A model generated the notes under the pieces. The model ran no database searches. It had not been told where the DNA came from and saw nothing but the letters and a program-made list of their open reading frames with translations. A DNA stretch of 64,000 nt from Macrostomum lignano. Its lineage: Eukaryota. Every line of letters starts with the position of its first letter. Within the stretch, counting starts at the first letter, position 1. This document shows, one piece after another, positions 49,553-63,664 of the stretch. The stretch is taken from the NCBI GenBank assembly GCA_002269645.1, contig NIVC01003150.1, forward strand, positions 52,377-116,376, in the 5' to 3' direction. The translations under genes were made by a program, and so were the position numbers.

Positions 49553-52500
49553 GGCGGCGGTGGCGGCGGAGGCGGCTGCTGCTGATGGGGCGCAGTCTGG
49601 TAAGGATGAAGCTGAGGCGGCAGCTGGTTGTCTTTACCGGACGAGCCTCCGCCGCCAACAGCAGCGTCGGAATCGTCCGAGTCCGAGGCGGACTGGCTGT
49701 CGTTAAAGGTGTCCGGAACTGGCCGGTTGGCTAGAGCGTGGAGCAGCGGCGGCAGCGGGTGCTGCGGATGCATCTGGCGGTGGTGGCGCAGCAGACAGAG
49801 GCGCAGCCGGCAGCGATAGTCGCAGAGTTGGCAGGCAAGCGGCCGAAGCCCCGTGTGCTTGCAGGTGTGGGCCCCCATGGCTGACGCGCTGCTGTACATC
49901 TTACCGCAGCCGGGCCACGGACAGACCATCCGGCTGCCGTGCATCTCGGCGATGTGACGTCGAAGCTGCGAACGGCGACTAAATACTTGAGAACAGTTGC
50001 GCACTGGGCAATCATTCGATAGCCTATGTTGCTGCTGTTGTTGCTGCTGCTGTTGTTGCTGCTGCTGCTGCGGTGGTGGAGGCGGCGGCTGCTGATGCAG
50101 TGGAGTCTGCGGGTACAGCTGCGGCGGCTGCTGCTGCTGAGCCTGGAGATGGTGCTGTGGCAGCTGCTTAGCGTGAGCCTGTGGTATGTTAGGGTGCTGA
50201 GGCATGGGCGTCTTACTCGCCACCTGGACTTGCATGCCACGCTGCTGCTGCTGCTGCTGCTGCTGTTGTTGATGAAAAGCCGCAGCCTGCTGCTGACGGC
50301 GCTGCTGCTCCCCCTGCTGTCGTTCAAGTGCGGCAGCGGCGGCCTGCTGAGGATGGATGGACTTCACGTGCGATCGGAGAGACGATTTGCTGGCGTAGCT
50401 TTTGCTGCAGTGCTTGCACATGAATTTGTGAGCTGGCTGAGCTGCCACCTGCTGCTGCGGCTGTTGCAGCTGCTGCTGCTGCTGCAAGTGCTGGAACTGC
50501 GGATGTTGCGACTGATGCAGCTGCTGATGATGCTGCGGGTGATGCTGCTGCTGCATCAGCTGCTGGTGGTGCTGGTGATGATGCGCAGCCGGCGGAGCGC
50601 CGCTAGCAGCTGCGGCGGCTGCGGCGGCCATGTGCGGCGCGGCGAAGAACTGCGGCGCGTACATCATCTGGGCGGCGGCGGCAGCGTGATGCGGCTGCAT
50701 AGCGGCTGGGAACCCAACTGCGGCCGCGGCGGCGGCGGCGGCAGCTGCCCCAGGCTGTCGGAAATGTTGATGAGCAGCGGCCGCCAGCTCGTGCGGCTGT
50801 AAGTGAGATTGAGACTGCTGCTGCGACTGCTGCTGTTGCGGCTGCTGATGGTGATGATGCTGTTGGTGATGGTGCTGCAGGTGCTGCTGCTGCTGCTGTA
50901 CGGCCGCTGGACCGCCGGCTGCCATGCCGGGCACCTGCGGTTGCTGCGGCGGCGGCTGCGGCGGCATGGGCTTGCGCGGAGGCACCCTGGGCGCGTGATA
51001 TGCCTCGTATTGTTCCACGTCGATGCTCTCGGCGTTAGCCAGAATGTCGTCCAGGCCTGTCATAGCAGTGCCAAGCGATTTCCAATCCTTCGGGAGCGAC
51101 GATTGCGGCGTCTTCTGCTGTTCTTCGGCCAATTCTGCCGGCTTCTCGGCCTGGGCCTGGTCGGGCTCGGCAGTGTCCGAGTCGCGCGGCTCGGCCTCGC
51201 CTAGCGACACGCCGCTCGTGTCCAACAAACTGACGCCGGTGTCGGCAGTCGGGACGGCGTTCGCCGAACTGGCACCTTCGCCATCGTCGCCGCGAGCCTG
51301 CTCGATTGCCGAAGTGTCGACGGCGGTAGAATCCTCGGCTGCTAAAGATTCGCTCAAGTTAGGCGCAGCGGAGTCTTCAGTCTCTACTATTGGCTTTTTT
51401 GCGTCATTGCCATCTATGCCAGATTCAGTAGTTTCAGCTGCCGCCGTTTTTTCATCAGTGGCAGCAGTAGTTGATTCTAATGCGGAATCCGGAACAGCAT
51501 CGGCAGCAGACGGCTTCGTATTGAGCTTTTCTCCATCATTCAGAGCGGGCGCATCGTCTTCTGTAGCAGTCTCGGGCATTAAGGTCTCGTCTTGAACAGT
51601 AGGCTGCTTTTCTGGCAATTTCTCTGACTGGAATTCCGGACCGCGCTCGATGGAAGGCTCAGTCTCCATAGTAGCAGGCTGAGCTGCTGCAGCTGGGGCA
51701 ACCGTTGGCGGTGCTAAATCTTCTTTTTCCAACTCAGCAGACTGCTTAATTGATTCAATAGACTGTTCAACCGACTCAGCAGGTTGCTCTGTCGACTCAG
51801 TGGACTGCTCAATCGACTCAACAGACTGTTCGACTAAATCAGCATTAGCAGGCTGCTCAATTGACTCAGCTGACTGCTCAACTGACTCAGCTGACTGCTC
51901 GATTGACTCAGCTGACTGCTCAATGGACTCAGCTGGCATCTCAACCGACTCAGCTGACTGCTCAACCGACTCAGATGGCATCTCAACCGACTCAGCTGAC
52001 TGCTCAACCGACTCAGATGGCATCTCAACCGACTCAGCTGACTGCTTGATCGACTCAGCTGACTGCTCAACCGACTTAGCTAATTGCTCAATCGACTCAG
52101 CTGACTGCTCAACCGACTCAGTTGGCACCTCGACTGACTCAGCTGGCATCTCAACCGACTCAGCTGGCATCTCAACCGACTCAGCTGACTGCTCAACTGA
52201 CGCAACTGGCATCTCGATTTTCGCGGCTGACTGCTCAACTGACTCAGCAGTAGGCTCAGCCGATTCAGTACTCTGCTCAACTGTGTTTGACTCAGCAGGC
52301 TGCTCAGGCGGCCCAGAAGAATCGAATTCCTCTCCTAATTCAGCACCAGACGCTTGCTGCTCCATTTGAAACACCTCCGATGCAACTTGAGGCTCTGGCC
52401 GATCAGGCATAGATGATTCAGCAATGTTATTTTGACCTCCGCCAAAGTCTGCCACTTCCTGAGCTCTATCAGCTTTGACAGGCTCCATCTGTGCTTCAGT

Positions 52501-52701
52501 ATTAGGCAATTGTTCTTTCAGAATGCTTGTGTCTGTTGGAGCAGTCAGACTGGAGTCCAAAAGTTCTCTAGCAGCAGCAGGGGCTGCATTATCTCTGATG
52601 GGTGGCGCACTGTCACAGTTGGAATTTTGGTCATTAGAGATGGCATCAGCTGGTGGAGGCGTCGGTGACTGAGCATCAGCCATGCAACGGCAGCCATGCA
52701 T
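47375..52701 (-). CDS. Large low-complexity C2H2 zinc-finger protein (probable transcription factor)
   Basis: Exon 52701-48250 (apparent 1-bp deletion at 48553-48556), then exon 47766-47375. Four fingers: CKHC..HVKSIH, CPVRNC..HIAEMH, CPWPGC..HTCKH and CQLC..HHRQMH, with linker TGLRP. Poly-Q/A/H tracts. Confidence 0.82.
47830..48230 (+). repeat. Intronic GTGTGGGATCATGACT-type minisatellite
   Basis: Fills the zinc-finger gene intron. Confidence 0.9.
51740..52300 (-). repeat. Coding 21-bp repeat encoding AESVEQS-type heptads
   Basis: In-frame repeat inside the 1493-codon ORF. Confidence 0.8.
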
Positions 52702-53668
52702 TAATTCAATTAGTAGAAGTAATTAAACTTTTAACTTGATATTGCTTATTTGAATTTTTAAATCAGTTTCTATGTACCATTGTGCTATTCTCTAAAACCT
52801 ATAGATAAGAAGTTGTAAATGATGCCTTCTAACTAAAATGCAATTAAAGCATCATTTTTCAATAAAATACCTGTCAATGTTAACTTAATATTTTCAGATA
52901 ACTTTGCCTGAAAATATTTTGTTTATCAGTATCCATTTTAAAAATTAAATGCTTCCTAGAAAGTGACAGGACAATTTAAACATATTTTAGTAGCAGAATT
53001 AAAAAGTTAAATTTTATCAATAATTTTTTCTATGTTTTCATAAAAATTATTCTATAAACTAAAAAGTTTTTAAATAGAAAAATAGTAAAAACCAAAATGT
53101 AAGACCAAATAATATATTTCCACTTTTAATCTTTTTAACAATTGAAAATCTATTTGTAACTTAGATATCAGTCAAAACAATATGTTCAAATAGCTCAATT
53201 AGATAATAAAAAAATACAATACAGAAATATCAAGTTTAAATTCAAGCTTTTAAATCTTAAGTCCATTATACTAAAATAAATTTTTTATATAGAGCTCTCT
53301 AACTCATATTTTACAGTTTAGATATATACGCTTGTATATTTATGTGGGGAAAATTGTTCCTGTCTTTGAAATATCATTATTAAAATATTCATTGAAAAAT
53401 TACTTTGTTTAGATATCAGATAGAAAAAATTATATTCTAGCTTTACTAATACTTATATTAATGGCAAATATCTATATTAAAATTATATTTTATTTACTTA
53501 TTCAAGCTCTTGAAATTATTTATGGTAAATTATAACTATAACTAGGCCCTAAATTACAATTTATATGAGACTTTTAGGTCTGTATTATACAAAAAACAGT
53601 ATACTAAAATAATTAATTAATAAGAGATTGGTATCATATTGGGATACAACTTATAACAACCAACTTTA

Positions 53669-54525
53669 CAATGTTTATCCCCAAAGTAAGTTTCCCTCAT
53701 ATATAACTTAGCACTGAAGATGCTCAGCTAAGTGCCATGTATATTGTTGCTTTTTTGTCTATGGCCTAACCCCAAATAGGTTGTTAAGTCCTAGCATGTT
53801 TTTGAGTTGCATGCCTGCAACTCAAGCATACAACCCTTTGCAACCATGGCCACATTGAGCTCATTCTCTTGCTACAACTGTGCTATCTAGAAAATTGATA
53901 TCAGAGATTCACCAAAAACTTGTAAGATTCCTAGGAGAAGCTACACTATTTATTCAAATGGTCAAGAAGTAGGTGTGGGAAATTTGAGAAGGATGGGACT
54001 GCACAGAAGACAAAAGCATTCTGGATAACCAAAGTGAATGCTAAGTATTATTGATGGGTGCTTCAAGAGAAACTGCAACCAGTGATAAGGAAAAAGCAAC
54101 TAGGCCTTCCGGAGAAAGGTATCATCTTCCATTACTACAACACCCCAATGCATTAGGCCAGATAGGTTGAAGAGCTGCTCAACTCCTAGAACTGAGAAAT
54201 TCTCTACCACTTATACTACTTGCCTGATTTGGTTCTAGCAGACTTTAATCTGTTCCCAAAGATAAAAGAGAGCCTTTGTGGCTAGCAGTTTTGGATCTGA
54301 GGAGCAGATGAACAATAGCACTTCATCAGCTTTCCAACATCTGGGAATCGCCAGCTGCAAGCCTGATTTTGAAGTGTAGGTGCATTGCTAGGAAAAGTGC
54401 ATTGAGCTTGGTGGCCAATTTATAGAATGACAAATACTTGAAGTTGTGGCTAGACAAATTTTATATTTTTTAAACTTTGCTTACTATTAGCAGCTGACTG
54501 AAACTTACTTTTGGGATATACCTTA
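53669..54525 (+). mobile_element. Internally deleted, heavily mutated mariner transposon
   Basis: TIRs of about 25 bp (53669-53693 and 54501-54525) flanked by TA. HTH relic IHQKLVRFLGEATLFIQMVKK*VWE. Catalytic relic from 54034: VNAKYY..KKQLGLPEKGIIFHYYNTPMH..*N*EILYHLYYLPDLVLADFNLFPKIKESLCG (cf. HHDNAxxH and YSPDLAPSD). Confidence 0.88.
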
Positions 54526-55471
54526 TAGTCTTCTACTTGTTGAATATATAATTATAGATTTAAAATAGTTTATAAAAATATTTTAATTAATCTTTTAATA
54601 TTAATAATTTACAATTTAACAATTATTATTTTAAAACAAAAATTAAAACAGCTTGATTTACTCAAATATAATAAGTGATTTTTATAAATAGAAATATAGA
54701 AATATTTCCTAATGTTTATACATAAAAAGTTAAATGATCTCATTTTGCTTATATATTTTTATAACCATGGCAATATATATACTTGACAAGGTTCTTATGT
54801 CTTATAACCTAATACTATTAAACACTAGCTAACTTAGTTGATTTAGCCTATATAATTATAAATTATAGACAATAATAGTATCCTAAAAAATAATAAATCA
54901 TAGAATAAATGATCTTTTATATATTTATTTACTTTTTTTAGTCAAGGTATAAAACAGTTTTTTTTAAAACTAGTTTATTTATCACATGGCTAATATAATT
55001 TTATAAGTTGTATATCAATATTGGCAGCATTTTTCTGTTATCTTTTTTGTCCTTTTTTAGGAATAGTTTTTGTAGTTTTCATTTTCGTAGTCGTATTCAT
55101 ATAATAGTAAAAATAATTTTCTTCTTATCCATATGGCATATTAACAAGACAGCTATCTTTACTTGCTAAAGATACTGTAAAAATAGTTTACAATTTGTTA
55201 CATACAATTTAGCTGCAATAAAATAGTACAACCTTGCTTTATCATTTGTCTTTCTAAGAACTATTCTTTTTATATTATTTTTACTTTATTTTTGAACTGT
55301 TAAACTATATGTAAGTTGGAAGAAGGGAAAGTGCCAGGTCAGCCAAGACTGGGCCTGAAACCAACGACTGCCAGGCTTTAGCTGGGTTGGGCAGAACTTG
55401 GCCGGCAGGCACAGCCGCAACTTCACCAGGTAAGCTAGTGGGTCAAGCCATGCTCATAGTAGGTCAGGCCA

Positions 55472-55815
55472 GGGCTGTAGCCTAGCGGTAGTGCAGCTGC
55501 ACTGGTGTGCCAGTGACCTAGGCTCGATTCCAAGTGCAGTCACATTAATTTGGGGCTGAATTGGAATCTCAGCTTGGCTCTGCTTGTGTAATTAATAGCC
55601 TTAAAAGCCAACCTCCTCAGGCGCAGTGAAGTTTACATGCCTAACAATAACGATAGTATAAAGTTAGCCACTATATATTCCTATGTGTGTGTGCCTGCAT
55701 ATGTTTTCTTACACTTGTATGCCTGCTCAGGGGAGTCAGCAGAATGGGCAGTAATGCCTCTTGCCAGTTGTGTGCCAGGGTGCACACAACTCCCTACCTC
55801 TAATAAAATTAAATA
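55472..55815 (+). mobile_element. tRNA-derived SINE-like element
   Basis: A-box-like TAGCCTAGCGG and B-box-like GGCTCGATTCC in a head of about 70 bp with a degenerate acceptor stem; ends in an AT/A-rich tail. Confidence 0.5.
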
Positions 55816-58056
55816 AAGTTGAAAGAAATACATTTATGATTGAATAAATTATCATTAAAACAGAATAATCTAGAACTGATTCAAGTCTATAGATCAATAG
55901 CTTTTTAGTATCTTCAAGTTCCCTTATAAAAACTATAAACTATTTAGATTATACATGCTAACACCTGTCCAACTTATCTAAACTGGATGGATAAAATGGC
56001 TACTAGCCAAGGCAAGTTGCAAAATAAAAAATGCAAAAAAAAAAATTGGGAGAAAAAAAGAAGAGTAGGCTTAAAACAAGTTATTCCTATGATATTAGGC
56101 CTATGCATGAGGATAATCATTACCATTATGGCATTAATATATATATATATATTTCAAATATTTATTGTTATGATTCAACTAGATCATAATTAATAGATAA
56201 GATATTTTAGACATATAATATTTAAAATTAAAATAGAAATTTTTATATATACCCAGGTTTTTGCTAACAATAGGCCCTAGGCCTAGGTCTAAAAAATAAA
56301 ATACAAAATTGCATCTAAGCCTTAACCCAGTCATATTTGAGGATAGGCCTATAAATTTATATTAAATTTATATTATAAATATAAATATAATAGACCCTGT
56401 AAATTTGAAGTCAAAATGTTATAAATCCTAGTTCCTAGCTAGTCTAAAACATTTTTAGACTCTAACAAATATGTAGTCATAGACCATATGATTTATCTTG
56501 AAGAAAGAAACTTTTAGGCCTAAAAAGAAATAATGCTAGGCCCTGGTCCCCTATCATATTATATAAATATTGTAAACCATATATAGACTACTTATTTGGT
56601 AGTACTAGTATTCTATGCCATGTAGGAATCTTTAAAGCCTACCTAGGGCCTAGTCTAATAATTAGGCAATAACTCTACATAACGTAGGCCGAGAAATTTA
56701 TTTACCAATTACTGAAATACATTGAGATACTAACATTGATACTATGTTCCCCAGTCTATCAGTGCACAATGTGTTAAATGGATTCAATCTTCAATGTGCA
56801 GTGTGCAAGCGTACAAGTTAAAAGAATTCTTGGGACAACTATTAGGTCTAGACCGTCTAGGCCTATGGCACAAAACATAAGCAGGTCTAGCGGGTAGCGG
56901 CTACTGGCTAGCGGCCTTGGCTTAATAGGTGAACACTAAGTTGACCGCATACCTTTTAATTTTGTTATCATCACTGATAGTATGCCCTAGTCATAGTGCA
57001 ATAGGTCGAGTATCTGCGTACAAATTGTATGCGAATAGGCCTAGCGCTAGATTGTCTATTAACAAGACTTGTTTAGAAATTTAATCAAGCAATAAAGTCT
57101 TTTCGCGCGAATTTAAAATGTCATATCATGTTAAAAAGTATTTTTTTACTTATTTAAAACTTACAGTTAAAAAACATTAACATAAAAATATAATTATCAA
57201 ACATAATATAACCTACTAAAAAGAAATAAAACAAAATAATCTTTGTTAAACATACTACTTTCAAGCCGTTGTATTTTCAAGGAGTTAAAATTCGAGGAGT
57301 TGAATTAAAAAACTCTTCGTAATTTGTTCAACTGCATATTATTTGATTAAAAGTAAATGCACACGATGGTACTGCAAGCAGTTATGCTTCGAAAATTTCG
57401 AGTGAGTATTAGTGATTCAAGAAAATTAAAATGGTAAATTAAATGCTCACGAAAAAAAACAAGAAAGCTCTGGAATTAAGGGTCAGTGTTTTTAAAACAT
57501 TGGCATGAATGCAGTTATTTTATATAAAAAAACAACACTAATTAGTTTCTACTTACTTTCTGAATTGCTCCGTGTAATTCTGATAGGCTTACAACACTCA
57601 TAAACAAAATTACAGCAGTTTGAACTTTCAAGTTTCGTCGTAACGAAACGAATTCGAATACTTAATTACAAGGATTACTGAATATAGCTATATACAGTGG
57701 TCCTTGACTAATTGTCCAGAAGAGGGTTTTTTCTTGTTGCCGAAACAATTTTACCGGAAGTCTTGTCACTGAAACGGCTGTAAAAATCCTATAAGTTGTT
57801 GGCTTTGTTTAAAGAAATTAATCGCAAACAATAAATCACAATGGTAAATTTTTAAGTCCTTTCTTCCAGCTGGTTTTTGTTGATCTTGAAATCTTCTCTC
57901 GATTTGAATAATTTGTTCAGTTGTTTTATTTTTATCCCTTGACTTAAAGAAGTCCTTTGATAAGTTAAATGCAGCTAGGCTTTAGCCTCAGAGAAGTATA
58001 TAAATTAGGAATCAGAGGGGCCGGAGGCCCCTTGCGCGCATGCGTTCGCAGAACAG

Positions 58057-58970
58057 CTAGGCGAGAGGGGCAGGCAGCATGCAGCAGCCTGAGGGGTCAG
58101 CACAAGCCTGCAAGTCAGCGATGACGCAGTCGGTCAGAGTGGCAGTGCGGGCCTGGTCGCGGCGCAATTGCTCGGTCGGCCGGTGCAGCATGGCCAGGGC
58201 CAGAGGGACGGGTGCACCGCGGCTCAGGGTCCGTAGAAGTTGCCCAGCAGCATCTGACGGAGTTCCAGCGCGGGCTATCGGAGCATTGGTCGGCAGGCGC
58301 TCCGGGTAGTGCACGCCTAGCACGTAGCGCAGCAACGATCGGTAGAACGCGTCCAGGACTCGCTCTCGCGTCTCGGTCATCGGCTCTACGGCCGCGCGGA
58401 ATTGGCGCACCTTCAGGTCGTCTCTGGCAGCTGAATTATTGAAGACGTTCCTGAGGAGGTGCGCGGCGCGCTAGGCCTGGTTCAATTCCTCCTGTCGGAG
58501 ACAATGACATCGGGGTTCATCACCCAGTGCGCCGAGCTGAGGTACCGGGAGTCCTCGCACACCGCGATGCGGGCTCCATTGGGCAGTAGGAGAGATGGGG
58601 CGGTATTCGTGCCCACGTGCAGCGCCTCCGTCTTGTGAGCATTTACCTGGAGCCCAACCCTCGTCGCAGAGCTTTGTGAGAGCGCGCTGGGCGGCAGAAC
58701 AGCGGGATTTCGTCAGCATACGCGAGAGCGGGAAGCGAAACAGCAGGATGTCTGAAGCTTCGGCGTGGGACCAGCAACTAGCTGTCATCCTCGCGGAGGG
58801 ACCGACGAAGCACGTAGTCCACAACCACGAGGAAGAGCAGAGGAGCCAGCGGGTCGCCCTGAAGGACACCCGAGCTGGTGCCAAACTCTTCTGTGGGGCC
58901 ATCGCTCGACATGACAAAAGCCCTGGAGTCGCGGGTCGAAGTCCATCACCGCGCTCACCAGCGCAGCAAA
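58057..58970 (-). mobile_element. 5'-truncated RTE-like LINE, reverse transcriptase fragment (pseudogene)
   Basis: GVLQGDPLAPLLFLVVVDYVLR and LAYADEI with an internal stop; C-terminal LDAFYRSLLRYVLGVHYP..TDCVIADL. Confidence 0.82.
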
Positions 58971-59756
58971 AGTAGCATAACTAATTGGTACATAAAGCTG
59001 TTTCTAATTACATGTTCATTCATGTTTGTTCTGACATGCATTTATACCTGCTATTTTTTAATCATAATTTATAATCTCGGCTACAATAAAATGTATTACT
59101 ATATACGAGTAGTAATTATGAACTACAATTTACATGATATTTGATGTAAAATTATATTCCAGATCAATTCCATGTAGATCGAGGTCCCGACTGCGGTATT
59201 ACTGCAGGACGGACCTCTCCAGTATACTACCGCTGATCTTTACCTGAAACGTGATACTGTATTATAAGTGCTTGAATACTCCTTGCTTGATAAGAGTCAG
59301 GCGAGTCACATACGTAATCTCTTAAAGATTTCGGCACGGATTAGGCAGCAATTTTGAAGTAGCGATCCTCATTGATTAAGTAGGCAGTGCTGAAATTCGA
59401 TATTTTTAGGTTTCCCAGTCAATTTTTTAACGTCATGCTCAGCTATTTTCAAGTGGTCTCAGGGTAACCCGCGGGAACCTCTGTAAAAAGTAATCGAATG
59501 AAAGAAATGGAATAAATTATTGTTCGTAGATTAGACGATATGCAAATTAAAGCAATTAAAAAATTACTGTAAAAAATGCGAAATTGTTAAAAGATTAAAA
59601 TAAAAAAGCCTGGAATAGAGGTTGTTGCACAGAAGCAATTACGCTACGTGTTCGATCATACAAAGTCTGCTGAATCAATTTTTTTTTCGACTCAGATCTA
59701 CACCGGCTGTCGAAATCTTTGTGAATGCATGCTCTCTCTTCTCTCTGCTTTATATC

Positions 59757-60390
59757 AGATCAATATCAGATATCAGATACAATATCAGATCATGACGTCA
59801 CACAATGTCAGATCATGACGTCACGTCACACAATATCAGATCATGACGTCACACAATATCAGATCATGACGTCACACAATATTAGATCATGACGTCACGC
59901 AATATCAGATCATAACGTCACACAATATCAGATCATGACGTCACACAATATCAGATCATGACGTCGCACAATATCAGATCATGACGTCACACAATATCAG
60001 ATCATGACGTCACACAATATCAGATCATGACGTCACACAATATCAGATCATGACGTCACGCAATATCAGATCATGACGTCACACAATATCAGATCATGAC
60101 GTCACACAATATCAGATCATGACGTCACACAATATCAGATCATAACGTCACACAATATCAGATCATAACGTCACACAATATCAGATCATAACGTCACGCA
60201 ATATCAGATCATGACGTCACACAATATCAGATCATGACGTCACACAATATCAGATCATGACGTCACACAATATCAGATCATAACGTCACACAATATCAGA
60301 TCAGACGTCACACTATATCAGATCATGGTGCCGCACAATGTCAGATCATGACGTCACACAATGTCAGAGCATGGCGTCACACAATATCAG
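59757..60390 (+). repeat. 23-bp minisatellite (ATATCAGATCATGACGTCACACA)n
   Basis: About 26 units, most containing TGACGTCA. Confidence 0.96.
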
Positions 60391-60819
60391 TGACGGTGCA
60401 GTGTTGAAGTGTAAAATCAGCTATTATGATATTTCAATTGTCACATTCAGTAAAAAAATTATTAATTATTCAGAGCGCGCATCTCGTTTCGCATCTGCAG
60501 TCGCATCATCCAAATAAAAGAGGCTGCGGAGGCTCCGTTCCATTTTATAAAAGTGGAAATCAATTCAGTCGGGAAAAATGAGAATTTAATGGAATCCCGT
60601 ATCAGTTTTGCATCTCAATAAGGGATTAAATTTTAATGCATTTGCTAGAATTTTAAACTGAAAGTAGCCCCCTATTGAATGTTGAATTTTTTCTGGATTT
60701 ATTCAACCAAGTCCTTGAATATTTAAGTAAGGATGATTTTTTATAATTATCTTCTTTATGACATAATTGCTAATGAGTGCGGCGCAGCGGCCACTTCTGT
60801 TGAATAATTAATTGAGAAG

Positions 60820-62190
60820 GAGACAGAGATGAGATGGTGGGAGAGGAGACAGAGATGAGATGGTGGGAGAGGAGACAGAGATGAGATGGTGGGAGAGGAG
60901 ACAGAGATGAGATGGTGGGAGAGGAGACAGAGATGAGATGGTGGGAGAGGAGACAGAGATGAGATGGTGGGAGAGGAGACAGAGATGAGATGGTGGGAGA
61001 GGAGACAGAGATGAGATGGTGGGAGAGGAGACAGAGATGAGATGGTGGAGAGGAGACAGAGATGAGATGGTGGGAGAGGAGACAGAGATGAGATGGTGGG
61101 AGAGGAGACAGAGATGAGATGGTGGAGAGGAGACAGAGATGAGATGGTGGGAGAGGAGACAGAGATGCGAGGGTGGGAGAGGAGACAGAGATGAGATGGT
61201 GGAGAGAGACAGAGATGAGAGGTGGGAGAGGAGACAGAGATGAGATGGTGGGAGAGGAGACAGAGATGAGATGGTGGGAGAGGAGACAGAGATGAGATGG
61301 TGGGAGAGGAGACAGAGATGAGATGGTGGGAGAGGAGACAGAGATGAGATGGTGGGAGAAGACAGAGATGAGATGGTGGGAGAGGAGACAGAGATGCGAG
61401 GGTGGAGAGGAGACAGAGATGAGATGGTGGGAGAGGAGACAGAGATGCGAGGGTGGGAGAGGAGACAGAGATGAGATGGTAGAGAGGAGACAGAGATGAG
61501 AGGGTGGGAGAGGAGACAGAGATGCGAGGGTGGGAGAGGAGACAGAGATGCAATGGTGGTAGAGGAGACAGAGATGAGAGGGTAGAGAGGAGACAGAGAT
61601 GAGATGGTGGGAGAGGAGACAGAGATGAGAGGTAGAAAGGAGACAGAGATGAGATGGTGGGAGAGGAGACAGAGATGCGAGGGTGGGAGAGGAGACAGAG
61701 ATGAGAGGGTAGAGAGGAGACAGAGATGAGAGGGAGAGAGGAGACAGAGATGAGAGGGAGAGAGGAGACAGAAATGAGAGGGAGAGAGGAGACAGAGATG
61801 AGAGGGTGAGGAGACAGAGATGAGAGGGTGTGAGGAGACAGAGATGATGAGGGGTGTGAGGAGACAGATATGAGAGGGTGTGAGGAGACAGAGATGAGAG
61901 GGTGGGAGGAGACAGAGATGAGAGGTGTGAGGAGACAGAGATGAGAGGGTGTGAGGAGACAGATATGAGAGGGTGTGAGGAGAAAGTGATGAGAGGGTGG
62001 GAGGAGACAGAGATGAGAGGGTGTGAGGAGAAAGTGATGAGAGGGTGGGAGGAGACAGAGATGAGAGGGTGGGAGGAGACAGAGATGAGAGGGTGTGAGG
62101 AGACAGAGATGTGAGCGGAGAGAGGAGACAGGTGAGAGGCCGAAGAGACATGTGAGAGGGGGACAGAGGAGACAGGTGAGAGAGGGAGAT
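60820..62190 (+). repeat. 26-bp purine-rich satellite (GGGAGAGGAGACAGAGATGAGATGGT)n
   Basis: About 50 units, degrading rightwards. Confidence 0.96.
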
Positions 62191-62646
62191 ATGAGAATGC
62201 GTGACTGAGCCGCGGTGAGATACAGAGGCCAGACACGAGAGTCTGAAGTAGATGACGTATTCCGCCATCAAATGCGGCCAGCAGAGAATTGTCTGGCACT
62301 CCCACAGCCAATCAAAGAGCGGCATCCAGTCTCGCACCGGCAACTTCCCAGGGGACTTTCATTCCACTTCCAGTTAAAATTGAAGTCAAACTAGACTTGA
62401 AGATTTTCACGCTTCTTCGACTTCCGCCACCCTTCCAGAAGCAATCTCAGCTCTCCACTCGGGTTCTCAAGGCAAGTGCCAAAGGATTCATTTGCATACG
62501 ATTTGCACTGCACACTCGCGTTCTACGGCTTACTGTGCATTGTGTCTGCTCGGCACAGCGAATTTAGAAAATGACTGAAAATGCCCCTGGCCTCGTTTAA
62601 CCTTTGCTTTGATCGGTTAATCAGTTTATCATGCGTTTTTTGTCCA

Positions 62647-63450
<804 letters not shown>

Positions 63451-63664
63451 GACAGTCGGTTGGGTATCAATATGCCCTTTTCTATGATTTTTCTGTGATT
63501 ATTGTTTATCTGTTTACAAAACTGGAACGAAATAATTTCAGAGAATTATGGAGTGATTTTTTAAATGACGCTACAAGTAACCCTGGGTGCGGTGTTTGCC
63601 AACGGAATTGATTGATTAACGGCTCTGAGAGAGACTAGTTGAAATTAGAATATTTATTATTTTA

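Noticed and set aside
62200-62520. Possible coding exon between two satellites
   Set aside because: No recognisable domain and no consistent splice sites or frame
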